63,724 bases of DNA, filler included, from Bigelowiella natans CCMP2755 (GCA_000320545.1; 9 parts of 9 records of this genome joined end to end with filler, not necessarily neighbours in it); one strand, 5' to 3'. Counted from the whole stretch's first letter, positions 41,701-55,463 are shown. Notes: generated from the letters alone by a model not told the origin. Made by a program: numbers and translations.

Positions 41701-42077
41701 ACGGACCTGCCTCCTCCTCCTCCTCCTCCCCACTCTCTGTCGTCGACTCAATATCACGACGACTTGTGTTCTGCACACGTGAAANNNNNNNNNNNNNNNN
41801 NNNNNNNNNNNNNNNNNNNNNNNNNNNNTTAATTAATTAANNNNNNNNNNNNNNNNNNNNNNNNNNNNNNNNNNNNNNNNNNNNCCGCGCCGCAAAATAT
41901 ATATATATATATATATATCGCTAGTACTCGCACCGTCTCGTTTCTCTTCTTCCTTTTTCCCTTCTTCACTCTCTTCTCGCTTCTCTCTTGCCTCTCTCTC
42001 ACCTAACATGTCACCTGTTCCTATTTGCTGTCCCCCCCACACCCCCCCCCCCCCCCCCTTTATTAACTTAAATATAT

Positions 42078-42116
<39 letters not shown>

Positions 42117-42134
42117 CTGTTTATATGTGTATAC

Positions 42135-42398
42135 CTTTTGCTGGAAATTGATGTCCTGTGACACGATGGGGGGGGTAAGATGGGACTCCATGCGCTCGCA
42201 TGCCTCCAGCACCTGAGTAAGTGGATGGATGTGAATCGACGGAAACCGCATGGAAGGGAAGGGGGGGGGGGGGGGATTGTCGAGGCAACAGCAAATAGGA
42301 ACAGCTGACATGTTAGGTGAGATAGAGGCAAGAGAGAAGCGAGAAGAGAGTGAAGAAGGAAAAAAGGAAGAAGAGAAACGAGACGATGCTAGTACTAG

Positions 42399-42432
<34 letters not shown>

Positions 42433-42537
42433 ACCTGATCCAGACTACTGTCGTTGTACTCCGTTATCACCTTCGCAGCAGCACCCCATATATGAATAAC
42501 GACACCACCACACTCGAAAGAGAAGGAGAATGGGAGG

Positions 42538-42576
<39 letters not shown>

Positions 42577-43944
42577 CCTAGCGTGCTGCTACTACTGCTA
42601 CTGCTGCTGCTGCTGCTGCTACGTTTATCCTCCTTCCTTCACCTGGAAGGGCCCAAAGAGCTCTGTGGTGGCTAACTTGTAGTTTTCAGGTTTCATCATC
42701 TCGGCAAGAGGCACGAACACCGCAGTCGCCTCGAATGCCCTATCCACGGAAGGACAGAAGGAGGGGGGCGGGGGGTTCAGACGAGGAGGGAGAGAGTGAG
42801 AGAGTGGAAGAGCACAGTGCTTCTCTATTCAGCAAGTACTGTGGTCGCGAGTTGTTTTTCGCAACGTCGTTGTTAGTGATGATTTTGTGGTGATGCTTGT
42901 TGCTTGTTGTTGTTGTTGTTGTTGTTCTTCTTCTTCTTCTTCTCCATCTCTTTCTTCTTCGTTTATCTCGCGGAGATGTCCTGTTCCTCCTACCCATAGC
43001 ACGACGGAATGGTGTGACCCTCCAATGGCTTCCCTCCACATACAACTTCGGCACCTGAGAGGAGAGCGGGGAGGGACGAGCAGTTTAATGCCGATCGCAC
43101 CGCAATCATCACCATCATCACCATCATCACCATCATCATCGTTGATTTCCGCCTCGCTTGCAGATTATCAATGAACCTGGAATGGCCAGCAGACCATCGA
43201 TATGGCTCTTGATTCTGTCGTTCGTCCATGTGATGACAGGGCCCAGCGTCATCTCCTCTAGGTTACGTGCGCAAGCCTACCAATGCACGAGAACAGGGAA
43301 GAGTAGTGTGATGACAAAGAGATAACGGAGATGAGGAGGACGCAGAGAACTTACACGTGAGAGCTCCTCAGAAAGGAAATCAAAGAAGGCTTTACAATAT
43401 CCTTTAACAAGTACAGCTAACACCATCCCCCCCCCCCGCTCCCCACCCCCCCTCCCCTTCTCTACCTTCTCACTGATTTTCTCTACGATGCCCGCCTTCT
43501 TCCAATTTTCATGTACGAAGAGGATTGATTGTGCGCTGCATTTCTGGCCGGAGTAGGCATATGCGTCCTGCAAAGAGGATGATATTGATGATATTGATAT
43601 AGATGATGATGATGATGATGGTGGTAACGACGAAAAGAAAAAGAATGGATGGTGGACGTGTCTCTCTCCCCTAAATCATCTCCCCCCCCCCCCCCCCCCC
43701 CCCTTCCTATCCCTGTGGCTTGTTCGTGTTTATAGCACCTGGTCACATTGCCACGCCACGTAGTCAATGTCGTGGACATCGGGGCCGAGAATCTTCCAGT
43801 CGAACCCTGCATCTTCAAGCTTCACCTGGCGATTTAGACGTCAAAGCATAAGTTATTAAGCATATGATGATGTGTGTTTGTGTGTTTGTGTGTGTGTGTG
43901 CGCGCGCGCGCGCGCGTATAATATATATGTATACGTATGTCTGT

Positions 43945-43986
<42 letters not shown>

Positions 43987-44137
43987 AACTACGACGAAAT
44001 TCGACTTGCGAGAGAGCGTTCATGAAGGAAGTGCGCGATGATCGTGCGTATAAAGTGTTGTCGTTCCTACCTTGCCTCTGAGCTCTTTGGTGAGGAGCTC
44101 AGCAACCGGCTGACTTCCCGTGAATAGGGTCATACAT
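42135..44137 (-). CDS. ALDH12A1: delta-1-pyrroline-5-carboxylate dehydrogenase, ALDH12 type (internal exons; both ends lost at contig edges)
   Basis: MTLFTGSQPVAELL..|VKLEDAGFDWKILGPDVHDIDYVAWQCDQ|DAYAYSGQKCSAQSILFVHENW..|MTLGPVITWTN..|GGKPLEGHTIPSCYG|AFEATAVFVPL..TTELFGPFQ|VITEY..|VLEACERMESHLT. LEDAGFDWKILGPD and SGQKCSAQS are diagnostic of ALDH12A1. Confidence 0.93.
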
Positions 44138-44237
44138 NNNNNNNNNNNNNNNNNNNNNNNNNNNNNNNNNNNNNNNNNNNNTTAATTAATTAANNNNNNN
44201 NNNNNNNNNNNNNNNNNNNNNNNNNNNNNNNNNNNNN

Positions 44238-44292
<55 letters not shown>

Positions 44293-44318
44293 CTATATAT
44301 ATATACATATATATACAG

Positions 44319-44394
<76 letters not shown>

Positions 44395-44452
44395 ACGGCG
44401 GAGAATGCCGCATCCTTTCGGTTTCTTCAATCCTCATGTCTTTTCATTGCTC

Positions 44453-45517
44453 TTACAAGTCCAATGCTTTCATTACCCGATTGTACTGCTTAAACAACCA
44501 TTGCCCAAACCATGCGCACACTCCTGAAAGATAGCTAGCAAAGTGCAGAGTAAGGAGTAGTTAGTAGTCGCAGAGTAAATCCTTCGTGAGAGCAGTTCTG
44601 CAAAGTAGACTTGTGGGTTGATCTCCCGTGTCCACTTCCAATCGTTTGGTCGTTTTTTTCAGTGATGGTTGGTTTCAACGACAACCGAAGCTGAATATCA
44701 GCATTCGTGTACTACCGTTTTCCCTCCGACGAGACGTGATGATCTCCCATGTACCGCAAGATAGTTTCGTATAGAAACTCACCGCACTTGGATCAGTGCC
44801 CCGTAGCGTATAGTACACATATATACAGGTAAACAACATCAGAGCCATGCAATGATACTCTCAAATCGCTATGGTTAGCGCGTGTTGTTCACATATTTAT
44901 ACAGATCCTGTGTGCACGAACGGGGTGTTTTATCTGCCTGCAACGCTGCATCGCACAACTATTACCGCTCGGATGTTTAGCTTTCCGTCTTTATCCATGT
45001 CCAATACATCAAAGTTTTTCTTCAAATCAGCCAAATAATCTTGCTGCTTTTTATCCTAGAAAAGGCGCGGGGGAAGAGGGGAGAGAATCGAATCATCATC
45101 ATCATGAGATAACCGAAGAGAGGAGGGGGGGAAGAGAGATAACAAGAAGAACGTAAACTAGTTTATAACACGTATGTTTCCTATGACGGCAAAGACGTGT
45201 GAAAGCTGACCAGAGTGCTTGGATCTATGGCGTGATTTGATATCCATTTACCCTGAGATGATAAAAATAACATAGTAAATTATATAATGACGATGGATTA
45301 CGACGATGATATGGAGGAGGAGGGGGGGGGAGAGAAGGGGGGGGAGGGGAGATGAGAACCTGAGTGACATAGCCTGTGTGATCGGGGTCTAATAGCCCTT
45401 GCTCAAATTGGACACCTTTACGATAGAACCCGGTGAGGATGATGAGCTATTGAAAGAGCGCATTCTAAGGAAGTAGGTAAGTATGCTACTATGTAGAACT
45501 ATTCACTTGATATATAT

Positions 45518-45555
<38 letters not shown>

Positions 45556-46085
45556 CGACTCTAAATGAGAGTTCAGCTTTGTTAGGGCTGTCAGTCATTA
45601 TGAAGAGGCTCATCGCGTCGTCGGGGTTGGTTACGAACGTTTTTCGAGAGGTTCCTTCTCGGTCAGAACCTAGGTTGTGGGGGTGAGAAGCTGAGAAATG
45701 CAAAGAAAGAGCTATCGCACCGCATCGGCATGTTAACGGTGATGGATACACTGATGATAAAGATCCTCAAATCTCATCAGGTAGATTATAAGATTGTAGC
45801 TTCAATATAAAACAAAAAGGACGCACCAACACTGCAACTTATCATTACCCAAAGAAGTGCTTTTATCTCATTCACCTCCACACGGCCAAGATCTAATTAA
45901 CATCGCACAAGAAGCTAGATGGGAAAACAGCATACTGCTACATCCTAACCGCTGTTACAATAATGTTGCGATCTACCCTCGCCATCGTTAAGGTATATCT
46001 CATATCAGGAAAAAAAAAAGAAAAAGCTTACTTTGCTTGTCGACGAGGCGGAACGACTGAACTGTCGCTGAAAACAGATTTTAAT

Positions 46086-46122
<37 letters not shown>

Positions 46123-46346
46123 ACAGAGAAATTAGTACAAGTAATGAACAGAAAGAGTGAGCGAAATTGTAAATAACAGTTTGTCTTGTTTTTAGTGATA
46201 TATGTGCTGGTAGTCTCGTGTATAATGATGTATGTGTTGGCTTCTTCTTTTTGTTTCTGATTTTTCGCATACACGTAAGGGCCATGTACGGAGGGAAGAA
46301 AATCTGAGGTAAAACAATGTTAAATGTGTTCAGTTACTGTCAACAA

Positions 46347-46385
<39 letters not shown>

Positions 46386-46585
46386 TATTTTTTTTATATT
46401 TCATATGAACTTGCAATATTTATACACATTGCATCTTGTTTATCATGTGAAGTCAATTCATTCTGTGTTGTATCACGTAATGAAAGCTTCTTACCGCTCC
46501 ATGATGCTCGATTAAATCCACAAGGTTTTGGGCGTCTTCGCCTGCAGAGAATGTGCGAAGGAAATGAAATATCGTTTACACTTCA

Positions 46586-46676
<91 letters not shown>

Positions 46677-47001
46677 AGTGTATGCGAACTCTTGGGGGGG
46701 TCGCACATTCTCTGCGGGCGGGGAGGCGCAAATGCTTGTGGATTTAATCGAGCATACTGGAGCGGTGAGAAGCTTCATCTACGTGGGGATACACAGAATG
46801 AATNNNNNNNNNNNNNNNNNNNNNNNNNNNNNNNNNNNNNNNNNNNNTTAATTAATTAANNNNNNNNNNNNNNNNNNNNNNNNNNNNNNNNNNNNNNNNN
46901 NNNTAACTTCGAGTGGGAGGGGGGGGGGGGACGAGATGGAGGCGGCTCTTCGATTGGCTCGGTGTAGTTCAGGGGGAATTGACCCTGCGAGGTGTAAGCA
47001 C

Positions 47002-47042
<41 letters not shown>

Positions 47043-47652
47043 CATTTAATATTCATTTTTGATGGGAGTTATAGCCATCTTCAACGTGCGTTAGTACGTA
47101 TGCCTATGTGATACATAGTAAGCTCGGGCAAGTATGTATTGAAATTCGTATTAGCGCTGAAAGTACGCTTGAACCCCATGAATGTGCCCCTCCTACCCCT
47201 CCACTTCCGCCTCCCCTCCTTCTTCCTCCCCCCCTCCCGTATCCGTGTCCAGGTCTCATCGTCACCTCCTTTTTCTGCTGGTTGATTCCGAGAGCCCATC
47301 CATCGTCCGTGATGCTGACTTTGATGATGTCGCCGGCCTTGAGGGACAGGTCGCCCCCTTGCTCCCCCTTCCAGTCGTAGATAGCGCGCACATACTACCG
47401 TCGCGCGCAACAACAACAACATCAACAACAACGACGACGACGACGACGACGGCAGTAGCAGCAAATCGCAAAACACCAGAAGCGCACATCAGCAAACAGT
47501 CTCAAGAAAATTGGGGATGTCGTATCCCACCCCCTCTCGTGATAGCTAGATAGAAAATACTTCCCGCAAAAACTGCTAGCTATGAAGTATGGTCCTCCAT
47601 CTAACTCTTAGGCGAGTTCGGTTCAGCAGTGGCGCACCTGTGTCTCCGCCAT
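44453..47652 (-). CDS. SH3 domain + Pro-rich linker + multiple EF-hand protein (joined across the 46804-46903 gap; could be two genes)
   Basis: MAETQ|YVRAIYDWKGEQGGDLSLKAGDIIKVSITDDGWALGINQQKKE|GQFPLNYTEP is an SH3 domain. The EF loops are FRLVDKQ|NLGRVEVNE, LDPDHTGYVTQ and FDVLDMDKDGKLNI. The stop is at ~44453. Confidence 0.75.
46586..46675. repeat. compound microsatellite (CA)n(TA)n(TG)n; representative of dozens of intronic SSRs ((TA)n, (AG)n, (AC)n, (CAT)n, (TAG)n, poly-G/C) across the window
   Basis: Directly visible. Most introns of the long genes contain one or more simple repeats. Confidence 0.95.
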
Positions 47653-48670
47653 TGAGTGAAACCCTCGAAAATCAGTTCAAAGGTGGAAGAATAACACCAA
47701 GGGGGGATGGAAAGGGTAGGGTTATTTCTATGCTGAGAGACGATTCAGTTCGGTGTAATCCAGTCTTCGCCTCTCTTGTCTCTCGATTGCCGCTCCCTCT
47801 CGATCTGAGCATATATTGGATCACATCACAACACGAGATGTAGATTATCAGGATAACACAGGGTGGCTTTCAGGCTAGTTTTCCTGACACTGTCCTTTTA
47901 ACTCTCTTGCATGTGTTTTCTGGGAAAGATCATTCCCGCTTCCTCGCTTCCTTCCGTTCCCATCACGCAACAATGATGCAGCAAATAGTAACATCAACTT
48001 GTAAAGGCATATTTTTCGTTGTTCCTCGCGATATCCCCCCTCCTATCCCCCCGTCTTCGAAGCTCGCTGACCTCCCACGATAATGTGTAAGCTGGCCGTA
48101 GCAAATTCCCTGATGTAGTTACTCCTAGATTCCCAAGTGATAATGCAGAATGACGTGCATTTATTACTAAAGACATGCGAAATTATTGTCGCTATTGCAC
48201 AAACCGCATCTTATTTTGTTCTGACTACCTGCACTAGCTCCGATTCATCCTCAAAATGAAGGGGGATGTGCTGTGTTCTGTGCGCTGATCCTTCAGCCCT
48301 ATTTCGTAATAAATGTAATCATAGCCATGTCGCTTTTATAAAATGGAATATAATTTTGAAAGCTGGTAGATCTACCGAAACTGCCAATTGGTAGAACTGT
48401 ACTTGCACTTCCTTCTTACGACATGCTCAGTAGGGAGCCTTACAGGATAAATTCGTATTGCTAGAACGGGTCAGTTTTGAACGCCAACAACATCCTAAGC
48501 TAGCTATCTGTCTTACACGGTTGCAAAATTTAATGCCACAGGTTTTCCCGGATGATCTTTTTCTAAAAATCGATGATTACCCGAATATATCCTATTATAT
48601 TTTATCATATCGAAGATTTTGTTGAGAGGGCAGGTATCTACGCCACAACTCACACCGCGTGAATTGGACA

Positions 48671-49015
48671 ATGGCGGCTGGGCACTACTGCTTCAGAGCG
48701 GTAAGAGGGGCAGCGAAGACCGTCGTACGGATCGGTCGTACGACGGGCTCCAACCCGTCACGACAAATCCGACTACTCAGTTCTCTCACGAGCCAATCAA
48801 GGAGAGGGGTGCAGCAGCTGCGGGCTATGGCAACGACACCAACATCCCAGCGTAATTCCCAAAACTCCTTCAAATATGTGATTATGTAGATGAAGACAGT
48901 GAGCTTTGATAGCTGAGAGCTATTATCTTTCAAAAAAATAAATGATATCTGTCCTCTAACCCTCCTTACGTGCAAGAACACGTGCAAGAACACGGCACAC
49001 ACACAAACACTAATA

Positions 49016-49048
<33 letters not shown>

Positions 49049-49152
49049 CCCGTTTTCAGAAGCTTCATCGTTCGAAGAGGATATCAAAGGTGGCACTCCA
49101 AGACTATGAGAGAGGGAGAGAGAGGGAGAGAAGGGTGGCGGGGGGAGAGAGA

Positions 49153-49184
<32 letters not shown>

Positions 49185-50565
49185 AATAGTTGGATAAAGA
49201 AACAGCTCATTCCTAGAGCCCAGGCCAAGCAATATGAGTCGTGTTGTTATTGTTTAAAACAGCGAGATTTCCTAGCAATTCAGACGCGCGAAATCAGGGC
49301 TTGCAACTTCTGCAAAAGGTCTCCTCAATCAATTCACGACCCACGACTCTCCTCTCATATGAGCCGTACATTATCGTACATTATCACTTCTCCTGCCCTC
49401 TCGAAATTGGCCCTTTTCGCTGTTTCAGCATAATTCATCGATCACCTTTGCCTGCCCCTTTGTCTGCCCACCTCGCCCCGCTCCTCCCCCCTGTTTTTTC
49501 CTCCATTTGGAAAACTGAACTAGATAAATGAAGAGTCGGGATCAAGGGATTCCATTATGGACAAAGAGTTTGAACAGGTGGTGCGGCAGCCTCGCTAATC
49601 GCACTTAGCGAGGAGAGCAATATGAGACCATGCTGATATCATGATCCACCACCACTTCTTGCAGATGTGCGAGGAGATAGGAATTCAATGCGGCGACATT
49701 CCCGCGTACGTCGAATGTCTTGAGCAGCACGGGCACGCAATCAAGGCAAGTGTGAATCTGTTGGGGGGGATATTCGCTTCCTAGTGTTAGTTTCACAACA
49801 CCCCGTACACCACGCCTCGGATGTGTGCTTCAGATCTAACGCAGATGCAGGATATGATGCAAAAACAATACGGGCAAATTAGTATACATTGTATATTCAT
49901 TTATGTATGTTGATAGAGAAGATGATCGTGTGGTTGGTGGGTTTGTGTCTGTGTATTTGACGGCGATGATGACGACGACTGCAGGTGTCATCGCTACGCC
50001 GCACAAACAGCCTCATCTACCTTCACCCAACGGTACAGACGAACCTGAAGAGTAGTTTATGCAGACAGTCGTGATGATTGATGGCGCGCGTCCATGTTGC
50101 CCATAGAGCACAAGACAGCGGATGCTAGATGAAGGGGGGGGGGGGGGCGGAGGGGGCGGACACAAACAACACCATTGTAATACATCGAATCACCATTCTG
50201 CATGTAATCTGTGCAGGCTTTAATTTCTTCGAGCAACATCCTAATCGACCCTGAGGGCAAGTTTGAAGGGTGGTGTTTTATATATATAATATATATATTA
50301 TGCTCTATCATGCAGCTGCGGAGAGTGTAGCGGATATCGAGGTGTGAGTGGCAGGGGAGTAGCTGACAGTTAAAGCGCGTCTCCCAATGCTTGTATATTT
50401 CTAGATAGATTGACGAAGTTAGTGAGGGTAGCAGCATTTTCATGCTGAAAGGCCTCATCTTCTTCGTTCTTCTCCTGCATGACTCCATCCTTCCTCCCCT
50501 CCCCTCTGCCTGACCATCTTCTTCGTCAAACAGATACCGGGAAGCTTGCTCCTTGAAGGCCAATG

Positions 50566-50596
<31 letters not shown>

Positions 50597-50637
50597 GAAA
50601 ATATTACTACTATTATTATTGTCATCATTAGTACCAA

Positions 50638-50670
<33 letters not shown>

Positions 50671-51122
50671 ATTTACTATGATGATGAGGATAAGGAAGGG
50701 AGAGGGGAACAGTTCTTAAATGAAAAAAGATGAAACTGAACCTACCCCTTGCCCCCCCTCCCCCCCCCCCCCTCCTTCCACTTTCAGGAGGAATTGAATG
50801 AGATGAAGTCGAAAGAGGCTGCTATAGATAGACAGGCCTTGATGGGATCCAAAATCCGGCTGTTTGCCGCCTCCTCCATCATCACAGGTGATGACTGTAC
50901 CACGCTGCTCTCTATCCCACTGTCGTGTCGCACTCATACTTCGCAGCGGCTGCTGCGGAATGAGGATGGAAGGCAGCCAGAGCCGATTGCTACCTACCCG
51001 CGGCATATTCGTATGCGCGCAAAGGCGCTCTCATTCGCGACCTTGAAAAAAAAAAGGGAAACATGGAGAATACTTTGGGCGTCGGCCCTCGCCTTCTTTT
51101 GCGCCGTCCGCGTCACTTGGTT

Positions 51123-51171
<49 letters not shown>

Positions 51172-51309
51172 GCTCATGATGTATTTTCCCTTGCCCCCGC
51201 CCTCCCCGTTTAGGCTACGTCGGTCTCACGGGTTATCTGACCTCATGCGTGTTCTCATGGGACACCATGGAACCTCTGGTACTTAGTTACTGTATATAAA
51301 TATTATGAA

Positions 51310-51351
<42 letters not shown>

Positions 51352-51475
51352 GTGTGTGTGTGTGTGTGTGTGTGTGTTATTATGGTACATAAATTAGTAG
51401 TAAGAGAGACCGCGGAGGCTTGAGGAAGTAGAAATGTATTTAGAGTACCTCTCTCACTGTGAGTGCTGTGCTGTG

Positions 51476-51515
<40 letters not shown>

Positions 51516-51713
51516 ATCGATCGAAAACATAAACCACCCAAAGACGTACTTCTTCGGCGCGGCTGTCGGCGTTGTCGCCGTGGCATACTCCGGGCTGCGG
51601 GAGAAGCAATTCGACTTTCACGAACAGTACATTACTATAGCGATGGAGATATAGACAAATACCATGATGATGACGATGATTCTTATGCTTCAAGCTTTCT
51701 CCCGCGCGCGCTC

Positions 51714-51763
<50 letters not shown>

Positions 51764-52165
51764 CTTCCCTCCTCCCCCCCCTCCTTATCTCTCTCTTCCC
51801 CCCCTTTTTAGTCCCCATCCTTGTTCGACGGTATATTCATTGCCTTCATTTCTCTCTCATCACCATCAGGTACGAGCAGTGGAAAGACACAGGCCGAAAG
51901 TCCCTCTGCGAACGCCAGAGATTCGACTTCAAGCGGTATTACTTGTGAAACCATTGCGGTGAACGACTCAATGGATGTGTTGCGTGACCTTCCTCCCCCC
52001 CTCCCCCCCCAAAAAAAAATGAGGGTTTATTTCGAAAAAGATGTATCTTGCTCGATAGTGCAGCATCTCGATGTTTGAGGAGTTGCGGTTGTGGTAGTAA
52101 TGTTCCCGACATAATCTTTCCTCAGATATGAGAACTTGAAGCAGTACATCCGTCGCTTGCAATGA
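48671..52165 (+). CDS. MCU: mitochondrial calcium uniporter pore subunit
   Basis: Basic presequence (MAAGHYCFRAVRGAAKTVVRIG...), coiled coil EELNEMKSKEAAIDRQA, TM1, selectivity filter FSWDTMEPL|TYFFG (DIME-type W-D-x-x-E-P), TM2, and C-terminal FDFKR|YENLKQYI*. Confidence 0.9.
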
Positions 52166-52836
52166 TAGCGCGAGAGGAAAGCGGGCTACGAAGCGTTAAG
52201 TGTCCTCGCATTGTGCTGTGCCTCAGGATTTAAAAGATTATCATCGATGTGATGCGAAAGCATAGGAATTTTACACCGTGTCAACAACGTCATTGTACTG
52301 CATGAGCTCATCATACAATTATTATGATGCTGGTAGAGCACGCACACGTTGCATGCGCTTCATGCTGCAGGTGACCTAGAAGCACTGCTGATTGTCGCGC
52401 GCTGCACGTCACGTTAGTCTCTATACTTGTAAAGCACGCTGTGTTGCTCGAATGATGACGTTGTCAGCCAATGGTGGTATTAAACAAATGCTTGCGATCA
52501 TGAATACTGCATTAGATTCCTGCGTTGACTTGCCAAGCCAGCAGGGAAAACCGCAATAGGTTTACATTTGCGACGGGACAATTGTAGATGTGTTTAGAGC
52601 GCGAACAGAAACATTTAGCTACTTGGCGGCGGCTACTTTGAAGTGGGTACAATCGCATGAACTAACATTCACGTGCACATCAAAAACGTTCTTTGTATGC
52701 CGGTAGCATTGCTTGCAAGCGCGCCTTGTACGACAGAAAATTAGAGCATGCGAAGATAAATGCATCATCATCACCATCGTCATCGTCATCGTGCGAACAA
52801 CAACGAGCGCCTACCCAATTTATTATTAGCGACATA

Positions 52837-53727
52837 CTACACATCGGTATTTTCGCTGGCGCTGACCACGAAGAAAGGATTGGACACGCTGTTAGAGCGC
52901 GAGTAGTAAGCAGAGGTGGTGCGCGGCAAATGCGTCTTCACCGAGGAGCCCCACGGGGCGGGATAGCTCTGTAAGTACGCTAGAACCGACGCCAGGGAAC
53001 CGATCAGCCCTGATGTCAATCACATGCATTCGTGCGTAAAGGTGAGGATGGCGAGGCTGGGGGGCAGGAGCGACAAAACAGGCTTGATTCACGCGCATTG
53101 CTACGAGCGCGCCAATTGTGCGGAAGCAACAACAAGCTGCGGGTCTAGAGCATACGCAAGCAGCAGACCTCCCATAATGACGTCCGCTGGCCAGTGATAT
53201 CTGTACCACCAACATAACAAAACAATTGTTAATACAAGGTTGGAGTGCTGCTGCGCTGTGATATGCTGTGCCATTTGTGTGTGTGTGTGTGTGTGTGCGC
53301 GCGCGCGCGCGCGTTGTGCAAGCACGTTGCTGTATCTACACAATCTTTTTTTGGAGAACTAGTCATGTGACTACGCATATAACGCGACTGGCCGCCATAC
53401 CTGTCTCTAATCCTAGAAGTCGAGATGAACAGCGCCAGGAGGGTGGGGGCGACAACTATTGCTCCCTGTGCAAGCAAATCAATATCTCAGAAGGGCTACA
53501 GCACACGCCTACGCGCGCATACACACAAACACACACACACACAAGCGAATAGAAATCAAGCCCACATTGCACTCAGGAAACACACTAGCTTCTGGCAGCA
53601 CGTTGACCACGACGACCTTGAGCAGATTGACCACGACTCTGCACCTCTCGGAGAAGCTCTACGGCGGAGTGAATGCGTTCAATAACGAAGGACAATAGAA
53701 GGTATAAGAACCAGGATTATAAATATA

Positions 53728-53767
<40 letters not shown>

Positions 53768-54636
53768 TATCTGTGTAGCATTCATTATTGATGCCTTTAT
53801 GCATGTTTCTGAGGCCTAGCAGCGATGTACCTCCCCCCCCCTGCCGTTCTTGGGCGCGTTCCTCTGCGACTCCAAGAGGTCGGATCCAACCTGAAAGAAG
53901 ATGGTGTGTGCTTCGATATTCAGGAGTCGGCGTGATATTGGAAAGGACGTGAGAATTGCAACGGCAGCGAAGATCATTGGGATGAAAAACTCTGCATGTC
54001 AAGTCGGGTATAACGCTATTTTCTCTCGACCTGGCGCGGCCAGGAGCCTCTTCCGCTTTTCTTTAGCTTTCCCCTGTGCGTGTATGTGTCTTGTGTGCGT
54101 CTTGTGTGTTGTGTGTGTGTTGGTGGTGAGACTGCGTCCGTTATTCTGTGTGAGAGTATCACGTCTACTACTTCCCGAATATACGAGAATGATGAAGTAT
54201 GGCTACGAAGACGAAGGTGAAGATAAATAATAACAATAACAATGACAATAGTAAGAGGAAGAAGAAATATACGCATATGACGATGCCCACAACGATGATG
54301 ATGATGCTGCTGCTGCTGCTGATGATAATGATAGGTTGACGACGTCGATGTTATGGCATGTGCAGCAGCAGGACGGCCTCCTCACCATAAGTACAGTGAG
54401 AGATAGAGCATCGTCGCGAAGGAGGCCGAAGAATGGCCGGAGGGGAAAGACCGAAGATGAATGTCGCTCTCACTACCACAACACACACACAGAAAATAAG
54501 CTTAAAAAAACGCCCTGCATATCCTCCTTGCTTGCGACTGCTGCATCATGCTTTCGCATACGACGTGTGCGTACGTGCGTGCATGTGTGCGTGTGTAGAT
54601 GAAGCATGGGGGGCAGCGAGAAAGAGGTGTACAATA

Positions 54637-54670
<34 letters not shown>

Positions 54671-54870
54671 CGCAATGCGGTGAGTGAAGCACACCTGAGG
54701 CATCGTTGCACGTCGAGCTTGAAATTGCATAAGGCAAGGGCGTTCGGCCGGGGATATCCACAGAATATCTGACAGTGTGAGTTTTTGACGTGTTTGTGTG
54801 CGTCGTATATGCTGAGAGGATACACCCACGACTCACACTCAACCGGCGACGCGAGGCTAAGATGCTGCTG
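52837..54870 (-). CDS. PAP2-family lipid phosphate phosphatase (5' partial)
   Basis: Three PAP2 motifs in order: IFCGYPRPNALALC (C1), SFPSGHSSASFATMLYLSLYL (C2), and ISTSRIRD|..HWPADVIMG (C3), with hydrophobic segments between them. Confidence 0.88.
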
Positions 54871-55091
54871 ATGCTGCTGTTGTTGTTATTGTCGTTGTTG
54901 TTGCTAATTGAGCCCCCCCCCCCCCCCCCCCCTGCCTCTTTTCCAACCACTGTGCAGTAGCCCTGACCAGGGGGTGCCTGTGGAGGAATTCTTTTAACCT
55001 TCCTAAAAGGGGGTAAAACCCTTCCTTGTTTAAAATCTGCTCGTGCCCTTGCACCGCCTGCAAGCCAAAGTCCTGCTGTTCTTCTATCTGC

Positions 55092-55363
55092 TGTGACATT
55101 GTTAGTCAAATCGTTTCCCGTGTGTGGAAGCCAAAGGTTGTTGCACGTAGGGAGATCACAGGCCGAGGCGCTACGTGCACAATAGGCAAGGGGGGGGAAA
55201 GGCACGGTTGCGTCCTTTGAGAGTTGTGTTATTTTTATTAAAGATATATTTTTTATTAAACGTGCACTGCGAATCAGTCTCGAAGCTTCGCGAACGCCGC
55301 CGACATGGGGGAGGACACTTCCGGGGTGCTGGCCTGATTCCCGCCGGAACCCCGTGCCTATGC
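55092..55363 (+). repeat. dispersed repeat copy 2 (LTR- or transposon-end-like)
   Basis: Starts TGTGACATTGTTAGTC, is an inverted copy of 13702-13982, and runs into a gap. Confidence 0.85.
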
Positions 55364-55463
55364 NNNNNNNNNNNNNNNNNNNNNNNNNNNNNNNNNNNNN
55401 NNNNNNNTTAATTAATTAANNNNNNNNNNNNNNNNNNNNNNNNNNNNNNNNNNNNNNNNNNNN

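Noticed and set aside
41885-42060. Inverted duplicate of ~42255-42430 (ALDH12 intron) forming a large apparent hairpin
   Set aside because: It sits at a contig end beside (TA)n and poly-C, with scattered mismatches. This is typical of a fold-back or template-switch read artefact rather than a real inverted repeat.
46700-46803. Degenerate inverted copy of ~46457-46560 around a self-complementary (CA)n(TA)n(TG)n tract
   Set aside because: Same contig-end fold-back pattern; most likely a sequencing artefact.
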